Shown: positions 37,810-48,421, counted from the first letter of the stretch. The stretch is 64,000 nucleotides of DNA from Candidatus Poribacteria bacterium (GCA_965198235.1 OZ240248.1:4864001-4928000); one strand, 5' to 3'. A program made the numbers and translations. Notes: a model not told the origin generated them from the letters alone.

Positions 37810-39924
37810 TTACTTCCTTATTAACATCTTGCGTGTGGCGGTGAAATCGTCCGCTGTGAGTGTATAGAAATAGATACCACTTGCCACGGGTTCACCGAGT
37901 TCATTTTTGCCATCCCAATATGCCGCTCGACTCTGTTGATGATACAGTCCTGCTAACTGATGTCCCAAATTCAGTGTCCGAACCAAGACCCCACTCACCG
38001 CGTAAATACGCAATGTGACTTCAGCGGGTTCGGACAGCTGATACGGTATCCATGTCTCTGGGTTGAACGGATTCGGATAATTCGTCAGCAACGCCGTCTT
38101 TTCAGGAATTGACATCGCTAAAAGTCGTTGGAGATTGGCAATCCCCTGTTGAAATGCAAGCGAGCCATCGTTTTCAACGTGTGCTTGTGCTATCCATCCT
38201 CGTATCATCGGTGGGTCTAATCCCATACTACTTATTGCAAGCGCAGAAGGTGCACCCGGAATTCCCGTTATTTCGCCAAGGTGTCGTGCTACAAGAATGA
38301 GGTCTGAAATATTACGCTTTCCATCTTTGTTTACATCAGTTCGCGCGTTCGTGGATCTGGACTTTCCGAAGTCTTGTCCTACCAGAATCAGATCCAGGAT
38401 GCTGATTTGTCCATCTTTGTTCACATCATAAGCTGGAGTTTTTGAGGCAGTTCGGGAAATTGGTCGGTTCACTGTGTATTCAGTGTCAACGTCAAATCCA
38501 AAAAACCCTTTCCACTCGTTAGCGTGACGGTTGTCAAGCGCGACTAACAAAACATTTGTACCCGCATTTAGAGTGACAGGAAAAAACTTGTGGTAACCTT
38601 CACTCCAATGCCCATCAGGTTTTTGGTGAATGAGTTCGCCGTTAAGCCATACTTTGACTCCATCACGATGAGCAATGAACATCCTTGTTTCCTGTTCCTG
38701 AGGTGACTCCAAGGTAGCAGAACCGTAGATGATTCCATTGTTTCCGACACCTTGGCGTTTCAGCATTTCACCGATGTTATTATGCCCGACAGGGGCAATG
38801 TTGTCGGCGGTCCATTCATTTTTTCCGACCTGTTTTCCCTCCGAGGCACCGGCAGTGGCAACTTTCTGTTCTGTTGATACCCCGTTACTTGCTTGTGTGA
38901 GCCAATCTGTGTTGCCGACACGGTCTCCTGGAACCAGTACCCACAACCAAGGTCCCTCTATTTTCGGACCGCCGGGTGGGAATGCACGGGTGTTGTGGTG
39001 AACGATAGGGATAGATAATCCTTCTAAAGGCGATAGATCCGATACTGTATTGTGGTTGAGTCCTAACCATGTCAAGTTGGTTAACCCGGCGAGTGGCGAT
39101 ACGTCCGATATCTCATTCTCTGCAAGATTCAAACGGGTCAAACCACTTAACCCCGCCAGGGGTGATACGTCCGATATCTCATTACCGACCAAGTAGAGTT
39201 CCTTCAAACCTGTTAAATTCGCTAAAGGGGAAATATCCGATATTTCGCCGCCACAAATATCTATAACTTGCAATTTTGGTAATTTCGCTAAGGAAGAGAG
39301 TCCTGAGACAATACGGGTGCCCCAAGTCTGGATGCCTCTTAGGCTTGTTAATCCAGAGAAGGGTGCCAGGTCTGCCCGTGGATTCTCGCCCATCCAAATC
39401 CTTTCGAGTTTTATTAAACCAGCGAGTGGCGAGAAATCGGATATAATATTGCCTCCGATATCCAACCCTTCCAAATTGATTAACCCTTTGAGTGGCGATA
39501 TATCGGATATCAAATTATAGGGGACAATTAGCCATCCCAAGTTGAGTAATTTTTTAACTGGTGATAAGTTCTTTATAGCGTTGTGTCTCAACTCTATGAC
39601 GTGCAGTTTTGTCAATCCAGCGAGGGATGATAGGTCGGCAATCGAATTATTATTGCACCTTATCTCTTCCAGTTTTGTCGCAAACTCAAGTCCTGTCAAA
39701 TTCCTGATATTGGCATCATGCGCTTCAAAGCGCGTTAGCGTTGCCATTTCATCCCTTGTAATTCGTGTCCCCGGTGCTTTGCCGAGTGCTTCCGCGATCA
39801 CAGCACGCAGGTTCGCATCGGGAATGTTAACGGTTTGTGCTGATATTGAAAGAGGTGCTGAGAAAAGTAGCGCGCAGAGCATGAACGTGTAAATGAAAAT
39901 GTGTTGTATTTTGAATGATGGCAT
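37810..39924 (-). CDS. Secreted LRR - beta-sandwich - dockerin - CTD protein
   Basis: Signal ISA|Q; IPDANLR cap with LRRs; GPWLW domain; DVNKDG x2; NYPNPFNP CTD. Confidence 0.88.
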   Translation of the reverse strand: MPSFKIQHIFIYTFMLCALLFSAPLSISAQTVNIPDANLRAVIAEALGKAPGTRITRDEMATLTRFEAHDANIRNLTGLEFATKLEEIRCNNNSIADLSSLAGLTKLHVIELRHNAIKNLSPVKKLLNLGWLIVPYNLISDISPLKGLINLEGLDIGGNIISDFSPLAGLIKLERIWMGENPRADLAPFSGLTSLRGIQTWGTRIVSGLSSLAKLPKLQVIDICGGEISDISPLANLTGLKELYLVGNEISDVSPLAGLSGLTRLNLAENEISDVSPLAGLTNLTWLGLNHNTVSDLSPLEGLSIPIVHHNTRAFPPGGPKIEGPWLWVLVPGDRVGNTDWLTQASNGVSTEQKVATAGASEGKQVGKNEWTADNIAPVGHNNIGEMLKRQGVGNNGIIYGSATLESPQEQETRMFIAHRDGVKVWLNGELIHQKPDGHWSEGYHKFFPVTLNAGTNVLLVALDNRHANEWKGFFGFDVDTEYTVNRPISRTASKTPAYDVNKDGQISILDLILVGQDFGKSRSTNARTDVNKDGKRNISDLILVARHLGEITGIPGAPSALAISSMGLDPPMIRGWIAQAHVENDGSLAFQQGIANLQRLLAMSIPEKTALLTNYPNPFNPETWIPYQLSEPAEVTLRIYAVSGVLVRTLNLGHQLAGLYHQQSRAAYWDGKNELGEPVASGIYFYTLTADDFTATRKMLIRK

Positions 39925-39960
39925 TCCGGTTTATCTCCTTTTTTGCTGTTAGCACACTTC

Positions 39961-40146
39961 CTAGATGCTACGTTTCACAAGTAAGGATGGATAGGGTGCG
40001 TGGATACTCAACCAAGAGAAAAAGAGGAGGAGTTCGCCATTTCGCATGCCTTTCCACCCTTGCCGAGAAACCGTCGTGACTTGAAAATCCGCGTCAAAAT
40101 ATCGTACCAATCGCCAGTCTAAGTTTTCATCGAGGAGAACGCGCAT
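39961..40146 (-). pseudogene. Truncated DUF5615 (PIN-like, VapC45-like) toxin
   Basis: MRVLLDENL...TTV...GWKG..NGELL, then unrelated tail; lacks the usual LT.D motif. Confidence 0.75.
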
Positions 40147-40250
40147 GTAGTTTTGAATCTCCGGGGGTGTTGGAGGGTTGGGATCCTTAGAACACCGTAG
40201 GGAGACGCATTCATGCCCGCGGGCAGAACATCCCTCAACCGTAACGCCTC

Positions 40251-40481
40251 TTATCGCGGGTGTGATCGGATAGCTCGGGTCAACGCGAGTTCTAAAAAGG
40301 CGACTGCCTGTTTCCGAGACACCGAAGGGAACCCTTCAAGAAAATAGTCAAGACTCTCCCCGGCTTTTAAATGATCAATGAGTGCCTTTACAGGAACACG
40401 GGTGCCCGCAAACACCGGTGTCCCCCCATGAATCTCAGGATCTTGGTTTATTACGTGCTCGGGTTTCATCTTGAGGGTCAT
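40251..40481 (-). CDS. DUF433 antitoxin (VapB45-like)
   Basis: DPEIHGGTPVFAGTRVPV..L.D.L.AG.S...F...FP. Confidence 0.92.
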   Translation of the reverse strand: MTLKMKPEHVINQDPEIHGGTPVFAGTRVPVKALIDHLKAGESLDYFLEGFPSVSRKQAVAFLELALTRAIRSHPR

Positions 40482-40713
40482 AACCTCCGATAACTTTTAT
40501 GTCTGATTTGGGGTAGAACGGATTTTAAGGTAGCCGTTCCTGCCCAAGCAATAGGGTGGATAGGACACTTGCAACGTCGTAAGCGATTCCTCTCCTATCC
40601 AAAGGATTACATCAAGTATATCCCGAAATCAATCAGAAGTCAAATCTTTTCCACGCCTACATCTAACCTAATGAGTTTTGACGTTCAAGCTGGGTAAGAC
40701 TAACAACCCTTCT

Positions 40714-43700
40714 TTACTTCATTATCAACATCTTTCTCGTAGCCGTGAAATCGCCTGCGGTGAGTGTGTAAAAATAGATACCGCTTGCAACTGACTCACC
40801 CACTTCATTTTTTCCATCCCAGTACGTCGCACGGCTCCGGTACTGATAGATGCCCGCAGCCTGATGTCCGAGTGCTAACGTCCGAACCAGTGCGCCACTC
40901 GCAGCATAGATACGTATCGTGACATCCGCGGGTTTAGCGAGTTGATACGGTATCCATGTCTCGGGGTTGAACGGATTCGGATAGTTGTGAAGTAAAGCCG
41001 TTTCCTCTGGAACGAACAAAACTAAAAGCTGTTCAAGGTTTGCAATCCCTTGTCGGAAGGCGATGGAGCCATCATTTTCAATCTGCGCCTGTGCTATCCA
41101 TGTCTGAATCGCTGTCGAGTCTACTTCCAAACCATCTATGGCAAAACCAGAAGGTGCTGCTGACGCATTTGATTCCCCTAAGTGCTGTGCTACAGCAATT
41201 AGGTCCAAAATACTGACGGTGCGATCACCATTTACGTCAGCCTCGTGGTTGGCAGGCACAGTGGAGCCCAAGTGTTGCGCGACCTGAATTAAATCTAAAA
41301 CATTTACCTGACCATCCTGATTCACATCCCAAGCGGGAAATGCGCTGTCTTCAACAGTAATGATAATTTCAGGAGTGTTTGAAGCGATTACCTCAATCTT
41401 CCTGTTACCGGCCTGGAAGTTGCTAAATGCTACTCGGGTTTCTCCGACAGCCTTCGCTGTGAATGTGACTGATAACAGCGCGCCTGTGCCATTGACACCG
41501 CCGCTGAGTCGCGCGGAACTGAGTGTGGTGATTTTACCCGCTTTATTATCAATTGTGCCTCTCAAAAAGAAGGTGCTTTCGCCTCCTTTTTTCAGAAAAT
41601 CGCCCTCGTTTACCTCAACCGCTTCAAGCACAGCAGGATCAAACGTAATATCGGTTTGCCACCCTGCTAAATCGACAATATCTTCCGCACTGAGACGAAG
41701 AGTAAAGGAACCGCCAGAACGGACAGGCGTTGCATCCGTGGAAAGGACAAACCCAACATCACTCACATCAGAGGTAGATTGTGCTCCGACAGTAATGACG
41801 GTATCAGGAGAACGAGACGAAATAGTCTTACCAGCACTGGAACCCGCATGAAACTCACGCAGTGACACTCGAGTCTTCCCAGCAGCCTTTGCCGTGAATG
41901 TAACCGACAACAACCTACCTTCACCATCTACTCCACCTTGGGAGATTCGTGTTGAGCTTAAACCGGCAATTTTACCCTTTTGATTATTAATCGTTCCTTT
42001 CCGGAAGTGGGTGCGCCCACCTTTCTGTTTCAGGAAGTTGCCTTCGCTCACGTTGTTTGCTTTAAGGATATCCGGGTCAAATATAATATCAGCTTGCCAA
42101 CCCGCTAAGTCGGTCATATTGTCTGCGCTGAGACGGAGGGTGAAGGTATCACCGACTGCAACTTGCGTTGTTCCTATAGACAAGGAGAATCGCTCACTGG
42201 GGGATAATATTGTATATTCTGTACCAGTTTCAAACCCAAAAAAGCCGCTCCAACCTCCCCGCGCTTCGTAAACAGCAATCAGCAAGATATTCGTTCCCTT
42301 TTTCAAAGTAACGGAAAACTGATCCTGGAAATCGTTGGCTCCTCGGTCCACAGGATTGTTGTGCACCAAACTGCCATTGAGCCAAACCTTGACAGCATCA
42401 TCGCTACCGACAAGCATTTTTGTTTTTTGCTCCCGGGGCGAATTCAAACTAACCGAACCGTAAGCAACATGATGATTTACATCGCCTGATCCCAATCCAG
42501 TGGCATTCACCATGTCATTGATGTTATCGCCACCTTCAGCAGAAAGAGTCCCGGCTGTCCAGACTTTATTCCCAACGGGGTTTCCTGCTGTCGCTCCCTG
42601 AGTTGCCATCTTCAATTCTGTTACAGCACCTCCACTCATTTGTGTAAGGAAATCTATCCGAGAACGAGCGGCATCTGCACCGGACCTTCCACCTGTAGGT
42701 GCAATCATCCATAGCCAGGGTCCCACTATTTTCCTCGCCCCTCTTACGAAAGAACCCGAATTACCGACCGTTCGGACAAGAGTCTCTTCAGGCAATCCAT
42801 CTAAAGGTGAAAAGTTGGATATCGCATTGTTGCGAAGGTCAAGGCGTTCCAAGTTTTTCAGCCCCGCAAGGGGCGATACGTTCGATATGACGTTGTTTTC
42901 AAGATATAACTCTTTCAACTTTGTTAACTTCGCAAGCGGTGAGACATCGGATATGAGGTTGGCATCAAGGTTCAGATGTTCCAAGTTTTTTAGGTTTCTC
43001 AGTGGCGACACATCCGATATCACGTTATTCACCAGTGTGAGCCATTGCAGCTGTGTTAATTCCACCAATGGGGAAAGATCTTTAATATTGCAGTCACCAA
43101 TATCCAGTCGTCTCAGTGTTTTTAATCCCTTTAGGGACGGAATCTTTGATACAGACCTATCGTTACCAAATTCTATCCATCGCAGTCTCGGTAACTTTGC
43201 CAAGGAGGAGAAGCTTGAGATGCGAGTGTTCCAAGCGGCTATGCCTTCCAAACTGGTCAGACTCGCAAGCGGCGACACATTCGATACGGGATTGCCTGAG
43301 ATCCCTATCCCATTCAATTTGATTAGCCTTCTCAGTGGCGATAGATCGGTTATCGAATTCTCCTCAAGCCCCAACCAGTCCACGTTGATTAGACCCGCGA
43401 GCGGGGACACGTCAGTGATTCTATTCCCCCGCAACTTGATGTTATTCAGCTGCGTTAATCCCGCCAACGGGGAGAGATCCGATATCGCATTATGACGAAA
43501 CTCTATCCGCTCCAGTCTCGTTGCCGCCTCAAGTCCTGTCAAATTACCAATGTTAGCCTCATCTGCTTCAAGACGCTCCAGCCTTGCCATATCTGCCGCT
43601 GTAATCAAAGTGCCAGCAGGTTTGCCGAGTGCCGCTTCAACCGCAACGCGAAGATTTACGTCCGGGATGGAAACCAGATCGCCAGGTCTCAGGTCATCTA

Positions 43701-45360
43701 CAGGCTTTGGCGGTCTTACGATGTCGTCCGGGGAGTTCAGCGCAGAAATCACTTCAGCAAAGTTAGCTGTCCACGCATCTCGTTTCACGTTACCACTCTC
43801 ACTCTCAAGCGTCCGTAAGCCCAGACGTTGTAAACTCGGCTTTGCACGAATCTTCGCAATGAATGCCTCCGTCTCTAAACCCACGGCAGCAGCAGCATGC
43901 GCCGCATCCACCGGATTTTCAAACGCATTATAGAATCGATACACAGGTTCTATACCACCAAATACTCCTCCCGTGGCTTCAAGCGCACGTCTGTATCGCG
44001 CTGTATCCTTGTCCACACGCGCATCCATCTCCGATTGCTTTACATATAGACTCAATGCCAGCACTTTCGCAGCTCCGTCTGGTGCCTTCATAACAACCGC
44101 ACGCACGTCATCTTCAAACGTCTTCATCCCTTCCGTGTGACAACCAATACATGAGATGCCGTTCCGAACAACCCCATCTCTCTCTCCGGGGTTAGAAACA
44201 ATCCTTGTCGGTGCCTCATCAATGCGGTTACCCGAGGCATCGGAGATATAGTATGCCTGTAAACCGTTGGGGAGATTGAATATAACCTCACCCCCGTCGT
44301 GCCTAAACGTCAGTGGATGTTCAATGATGTTCTGCACACCCAGATTCCCAGCAAAATCGTAGCTTTTCCAATACGCACCATGTTGAAATCTGTGGCGTTC
44401 GACAACCCGATTGTTTTCTGAAACACGCGAATCGTTGAGACCTGCACGCCAGACGCGAATCCCCGCCGCACTTTGGAGATTTCTTGCGACATCTATACCC
44501 AGTTTTCTCTCCAGTTCACGATCGGTTTCTGGGAGAGCCAGAATGTCATGGTAGAGCGGTGGTAGTGAGGCAGTCGCAAGGAACCAGTCAACATGCACGA
44601 ACGGCACATCACAATCCATCTCTTGACGCAGGAACGTCAGCTTTGAAAATAGTCCTGCCTGTGTTTCCGAATCAAACTCAATGCTATAGGGATATTTCTG
44701 TTCAATCTGGGTCCACGCATCATTTTCGACATCCCAATCGTAGCGTCGAAGGTCGATATAGAAAATAGTTTTTCTTCGGTCAATGGGAATTGGCTTGATG
44801 ATTTGCGATCCCCAAGACAGACTGTTTACCAGTTTTGAAAGCGCAATCTCGTAGGCATTGAGTGCCTCTTGACTTTCACCCGCATTATAGAGGTGGGTCG
44901 TCGTAAAATAGCGTGCGTAGGGACGGTTACGCCGTTCGAGATTTTTCAGGTGATTCTGAATGGCACTCAGCATAGCATTCATTGTAATGAAGTTAACATC
45001 CCGTTGGACTTCCCAACTCGGCGCACCTACTTGAATCCATTTACCGATGGTGCCAATGGCTGCGGCTGAAAGTCGCGGTTGACCCAGTGGCATCCGTTTT
45101 GCCGGATCGTTTTCACGCAGGCGCCTATAGAGTTCGGATTCAATAGGTAGTTTTCCCGGAACAACTGCCCCAGTATCAACCAACTGTGATGCCGATTCAA
45201 TGACGAGTTCTTCGGTGAAGGGTCCGTGGGGTCCATGGCAGCCAAGACAACTTCGTTCAAAGATAAGATACGCCTCTTGTGCGAGGTTCTGCTGTGCCTC
45301 AGCGGTTTGATGTCCCAAGATAAAAGTTAATAGGAGGCTAATTTTGGTGAAATTCTTCAT
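40714..45360 (-). CDS. Paralog: diheme cytochrome c - LRR - beta-sandwich - 2x cohesin - dockerin - CTD protein
   Basis: CLGCH and CIGCH; same architecture as 32545-37110. Confidence 0.88.
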   Translation of the reverse strand: MKNFTKISLLLTFILGHQTAEAQQNLAQEAYLIFERSCLGCHGPHGPFTEELVIESASQLVDTGAVVPGKLPIESELYRRLRENDPAKRMPLGQPRLSAAAIGTIGKWIQVGAPSWEVQRDVNFITMNAMLSAIQNHLKNLERRNRPYARYFTTTHLYNAGESQEALNAYEIALSKLVNSLSWGSQIIKPIPIDRRKTIFYIDLRRYDWDVENDAWTQIEQKYPYSIEFDSETQAGLFSKLTFLRQEMDCDVPFVHVDWFLATASLPPLYHDILALPETDRELERKLGIDVARNLQSAAGIRVWRAGLNDSRVSENNRVVERHRFQHGAYWKSYDFAGNLGVQNIIEHPLTFRHDGGEVIFNLPNGLQAYYISDASGNRIDEAPTRIVSNPGERDGVVRNGISCIGCHTEGMKTFEDDVRAVVMKAPDGAAKVLALSLYVKQSEMDARVDKDTARYRRALEATGGVFGGIEPVYRFYNAFENPVDAAHAAAAVGLETEAFIAKIRAKPSLQRLGLRTLESESGNVKRDAWTANFAEVISALNSPDDIVRPPKPVDDLRPGDLVSIPDVNLRVAVEAALGKPAGTLITAADMARLERLEADEANIGNLTGLEAATRLERIEFRHNAISDLSPLAGLTQLNNIKLRGNRITDVSPLAGLINVDWLGLEENSITDLSPLRRLIKLNGIGISGNPVSNVSPLASLTSLEGIAAWNTRISSFSSLAKLPRLRWIEFGNDRSVSKIPSLKGLKTLRRLDIGDCNIKDLSPLVELTQLQWLTLVNNVISDVSPLRNLKNLEHLNLDANLISDVSPLAKLTKLKELYLENNVISNVSPLAGLKNLERLDLRNNAISNFSPLDGLPEETLVRTVGNSGSFVRGARKIVGPWLWMIAPTGGRSGADAARSRIDFLTQMSGGAVTELKMATQGATAGNPVGNKVWTAGTLSAEGGDNINDMVNATGLGSGDVNHHVAYGSVSLNSPREQKTKMLVGSDDAVKVWLNGSLVHNNPVDRGANDFQDQFSVTLKKGTNILLIAVYEARGGWSGFFGFETGTEYTILSPSERFSLSIGTTQVAVGDTFTLRLSADNMTDLAGWQADIIFDPDILKANNVSEGNFLKQKGGRTHFRKGTINNQKGKIAGLSSTRISQGGVDGEGRLLSVTFTAKAAGKTRVSLREFHAGSSAGKTISSRSPDTVITVGAQSTSDVSDVGFVLSTDATPVRSGGSFTLRLSAEDIVDLAGWQTDITFDPAVLEAVEVNEGDFLKKGGESTFFLRGTIDNKAGKITTLSSARLSGGVNGTGALLSVTFTAKAVGETRVAFSNFQAGNRKIEVIASNTPEIIITVEDSAFPAWDVNQDGQVNVLDLIQVAQHLGSTVPANHEADVNGDRTVSILDLIAVAQHLGESNASAAPSGFAIDGLEVDSTAIQTWIAQAQIENDGSIAFRQGIANLEQLLVLFVPEETALLHNYPNPFNPETWIPYQLAKPADVTIRIYAASGALVRTLALGHQAAGIYQYRSRATYWDGKNEVGESVASGIYFYTLTAGDFTATRKMLIMK

Positions 45361-45423
45361 GTATTTTTCTTCCTCTTCTTGTAGGAACGAACTATGTTCG
45401 CGATGTCTTTGGGCTGCACTTCC

Positions 45424-47694
45424 TTACTTCATTATCAACATTTTTCGCGTTGCCGTGAAATCGCCAGTGGTGAGTGTATAGAAATAGATGCCACTCGCCA
45501 CCGGTTCACTGAGTTCATTTTTGCCATCCCAATACACCGCACGACTCCGAGACCGATAAAGTCCTGCGGACTGATGTCCGAGATTCAACGTCCGAACCAA
45601 AGTGCCACTCACCCCATAGATACGCAATGTGACTTCGGCGGGTTCGGACAGCTGATACGGTATCCACGTCTCTGGATTGAACGGGTTTGGGTAGTTGGCA
45701 AGCAATTGTGTTTCACGCGGAGTCATCAACGCTAAAAGGCGTTCGAGATTGGCGATACCTTGTTGAAATGCCAGCGAACCATCATCTTCAATCTGTGCCT
45801 GTGCTATCCATCCCTGTATCATCGCTGGATCTAATCTCATATCGCCTATTGCAAGAGCAGAAGGTGCCGCAGAAATCCCACTGAGTTCACCGAGATGCTG
45901 TGCAACAAGGACGAGGTCTGAGATATTACGCCTCCCATCTTTGTTTACATCAGTTCGCGCGTTCGTCGGTCTGGGCTTCCCGAGGTCTTGTCCTACCAGA
46001 ATCAAATCCAGAATGTTTGTCTGTCCATCTCTATTCACATCCCATGCGGGTGTTTTTATTACAATTTTTCTCTCGGGTGGGTTAATCGTATAGTCCGTAT
46101 CTTGTGCGAAACCGAAAAAACCGCTAAAGGCCCCATGCCCCCGATTGTCAACAGCGACCAATAACACGTTTGGTCCCTGCTTCAGCGTGACAGGAAACGC
46201 ATCTTGGTAATCGCCGGCACCGCGAAGCACAGGGTTATAGTGAACCAATTCACCGTTGAGCCAGACTTTTACCTCATCATCGCTCCCGACGAGCATTATT
46301 GTATCCTGCTTGCGCGGAGAATTCAACGTGACAGAGCCGTAGACGACATGGTCATATATCTCAGAACCTGCTCCCCAGCCGAGGGCATCTGTCATTTCGT
46401 TGAGGTTATCCCCACCCGTAGGGGAGAGTCGGTGAGCCCGCCACTTACCGTCTCCGACAGGCTTCCCCTCAGTTGCCCCAAAGGTGGCGACTTTCACCTC
46501 CGTTGCGGCACCACCACTCGCTTTTGCTAACAAATCTGTGTGGTCAAGACGTGATCCTGGGACGATCACCCATAACCACGGTCCTTCTATTTTTGGACCG
46601 GCTTGCGGGAAAGCGGAGTTAATGAAATTCGAGTGCGAGATAGATGTCTTCTCGGAAAATCTTTCAAAACTCGATACATCTGCTATTGCATTGTCGTTGA
46701 GCCCCATCCATGTCAAGTTGGGCAAAGATGCAAGCGAGGATACGTCTGTTATCACATTCTCATTAAGGTCTAACCATGTCAAGTTATTTAGTTGCGCAAG
46801 CGGGGATACTTCCGATATTGTGTTATCGCCCAGTTCTACCCATGTCAGGTTGCTTAACCCTTCAAGAGGCGATAGATCGGATACTTCATTATGTTTAAGA
46901 CTTAGGCGGGTCAAGCCAGTTAAGCCCGTCAACGCTGAGAGGTCTGAGATTTCGTTGCCAACAAGATATAATTCTTTCAAACTTGTTGCACGCGCCAAAG
47001 GGGAGATATCTGATATTTCGCCGCCGCAAACATTTATCTGTCTCAGCTTCGGTAAATCTGCCAAGGCGGAAAGGTTTATTATGGGAGTGCCCCAAGAGTG
47101 ATAATTCTGCAGATTGATTAATCCCGCGAGGGGAGACAGATCTGCCAGCGGATTCTCGGTCAGTGCTATCCATTCGAGTTTTATTAAACCCGCGAGGGGG
47201 GATAAATCGTCTATAGCGTTATGACCGAGATTTGTCCCTCTTAGGTTGATAAGATCTCTGAGTGGGGATAGATCGGATATCAAGTTATGCGGAATATGTA
47301 ACCCATCTAAGTTGATTAAACCTTTAATCGGTGATATATCAGATATTGCATTATCTCCCAATTCTATGACGCGCAGCCTAATCAACCCCGCGAGGGGTGA
47401 TATGTCGGATATCAAATTGTGGTTAAGCCTGAGATCTTCTAAATTGCTTGAGGCTTCAAGTCCTGTCAAATTGCTGATGCTTCTGCCACTTGCATTAAGG
47501 CGGGTTAACCTCTGCATCTCAGTCACTGTAACTCGGGCGTTTGGTGCTTTACCGAGTGCTTCCGCAATTGCGGCACGCAGGTTTGCGTCGGGGATGTTAA
47601 CGGTTTGTGCGGAGGTTGAAAACGGTGTTAAAAAAAGAACCGCGCAAAGTACGAGCGTGCAAACGAAAATGTGTTGTGTCTTGGCTAATTGCAT
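45424..47694 (-). CDS. Paralog: secreted LRR - beta-sandwich - dockerin - CTD protein
   Basis: Same architecture as 37810-39924 with more LRRs. Confidence 0.88.
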   Translation of the reverse strand: MQLAKTQHIFVCTLVLCAVLFLTPFSTSAQTVNIPDANLRAAIAEALGKAPNARVTVTEMQRLTRLNASGRSISNLTGLEASSNLEDLRLNHNLISDISPLAGLIRLRVIELGDNAISDISPIKGLINLDGLHIPHNLISDLSPLRDLINLRGTNLGHNAIDDLSPLAGLIKLEWIALTENPLADLSPLAGLINLQNYHSWGTPIINLSALADLPKLRQINVCGGEISDISPLARATSLKELYLVGNEISDLSALTGLTGLTRLSLKHNEVSDLSPLEGLSNLTWVELGDNTISEVSPLAQLNNLTWLDLNENVITDVSSLASLPNLTWMGLNDNAIADVSSFERFSEKTSISHSNFINSAFPQAGPKIEGPWLWVIVPGSRLDHTDLLAKASGGAATEVKVATFGATEGKPVGDGKWRAHRLSPTGGDNLNEMTDALGWGAGSEIYDHVVYGSVTLNSPRKQDTIMLVGSDDEVKVWLNGELVHYNPVLRGAGDYQDAFPVTLKQGPNVLLVAVDNRGHGAFSGFFGFAQDTDYTINPPERKIVIKTPAWDVNRDGQTNILDLILVGQDLGKPRPTNARTDVNKDGRRNISDLVLVAQHLGELSGISAAPSALAIGDMRLDPAMIQGWIAQAQIEDDGSLAFQQGIANLERLLALMTPRETQLLANYPNPFNPETWIPYQLSEPAEVTLRIYGVSGTLVRTLNLGHQSAGLYRSRSRAVYWDGKNELSEPVASGIYFYTLTTGDFTATRKMLIMK

Positions 47695-47841
47695 TCAGGT
47701 TTATCTCCTTTTCTACTGAGGGTACACTTCATCAGTACTCTGTTTCAACACTAAAAGTGGATGGGATTTTAATGAGTTCTTTTAACATAAGATAACTTAA
47801 GATATGGGTTAAGGTCAACATCTTTTATTATTGTTGTTTTA

Positions 47842-48393
47842 AACGTGAGCTTGATAAAAAGTCTTGTAGGTGTTTTTGCTTGGGTGTTTCCCCCAGGTTG
47901 AACGGGAATCAAGTAAAACGTGGATAGAAAAGACACCGATCAAGTTCAGTAGGAAACCTGAAGCCACTAAAGAACGAGTGAAACCCAACGCTTTTTACTT
48001 CCAACACGATGCGTCTGTTGGGTTTCGCTATATCACTCTCTATCAACGATTCGCAGAAAGGCGTAATTTCCTGTATAAACGCAAGGGGTTTACCGCTCAA
48101 CCCAACCTACGGAAACCATATTCAGATTTTTAATTATCAAACTCACATTTTTAACGTGGGTTCGACATAAGAAATTGCTTCATCATGTAGGTTCAAACGA
48201 AAGTGAGACACAACACCAAAACGCATACTGCGGGAGTATATCTGTCATCAAATCGGCGATAGATGTAATACGTCGTGTCGAATTTCTCTAAATCTTTAAG
48301 TCGAACTCACGTTATTAAAGACACAATTTTTAGGCGAAACGTTACATCACCTGAAAAAAAGGATTTTATCAGATTTTTTATCGAACTCACGTT
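47842..48393. mobile_element. Cluster of MITE-like elements with AACGTGAGTTCGA-type TIRs
   Basis: Pairs 47842-47857/48134-48149 and 48153-48166/48300-48313; lone end at 48378-48393; no transposase. Confidence 0.7.
47866..48110. repeat. REP doublet (GTAGGTTGGGTTGA / GAAACCCAAC) nested in a MITE, left arm interrupted
   Basis: GTAGG[cargo]GGTTGA ... GAAACCCAAC..GTTGGGTTTC ... TCAACCCAACCTAC. Confidence 0.75.
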
Positions 48394-48421
48394 ATTTTAA
48401 TTTCTATTTTTTGTTTTTAAT

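Noticed and set aside
32545-47694. Diversity-generating retroelement acting on the LRR paralogs
   Set aside because: No reverse transcriptase or non-coding template repeat; paralog differences are not adenine-specific.
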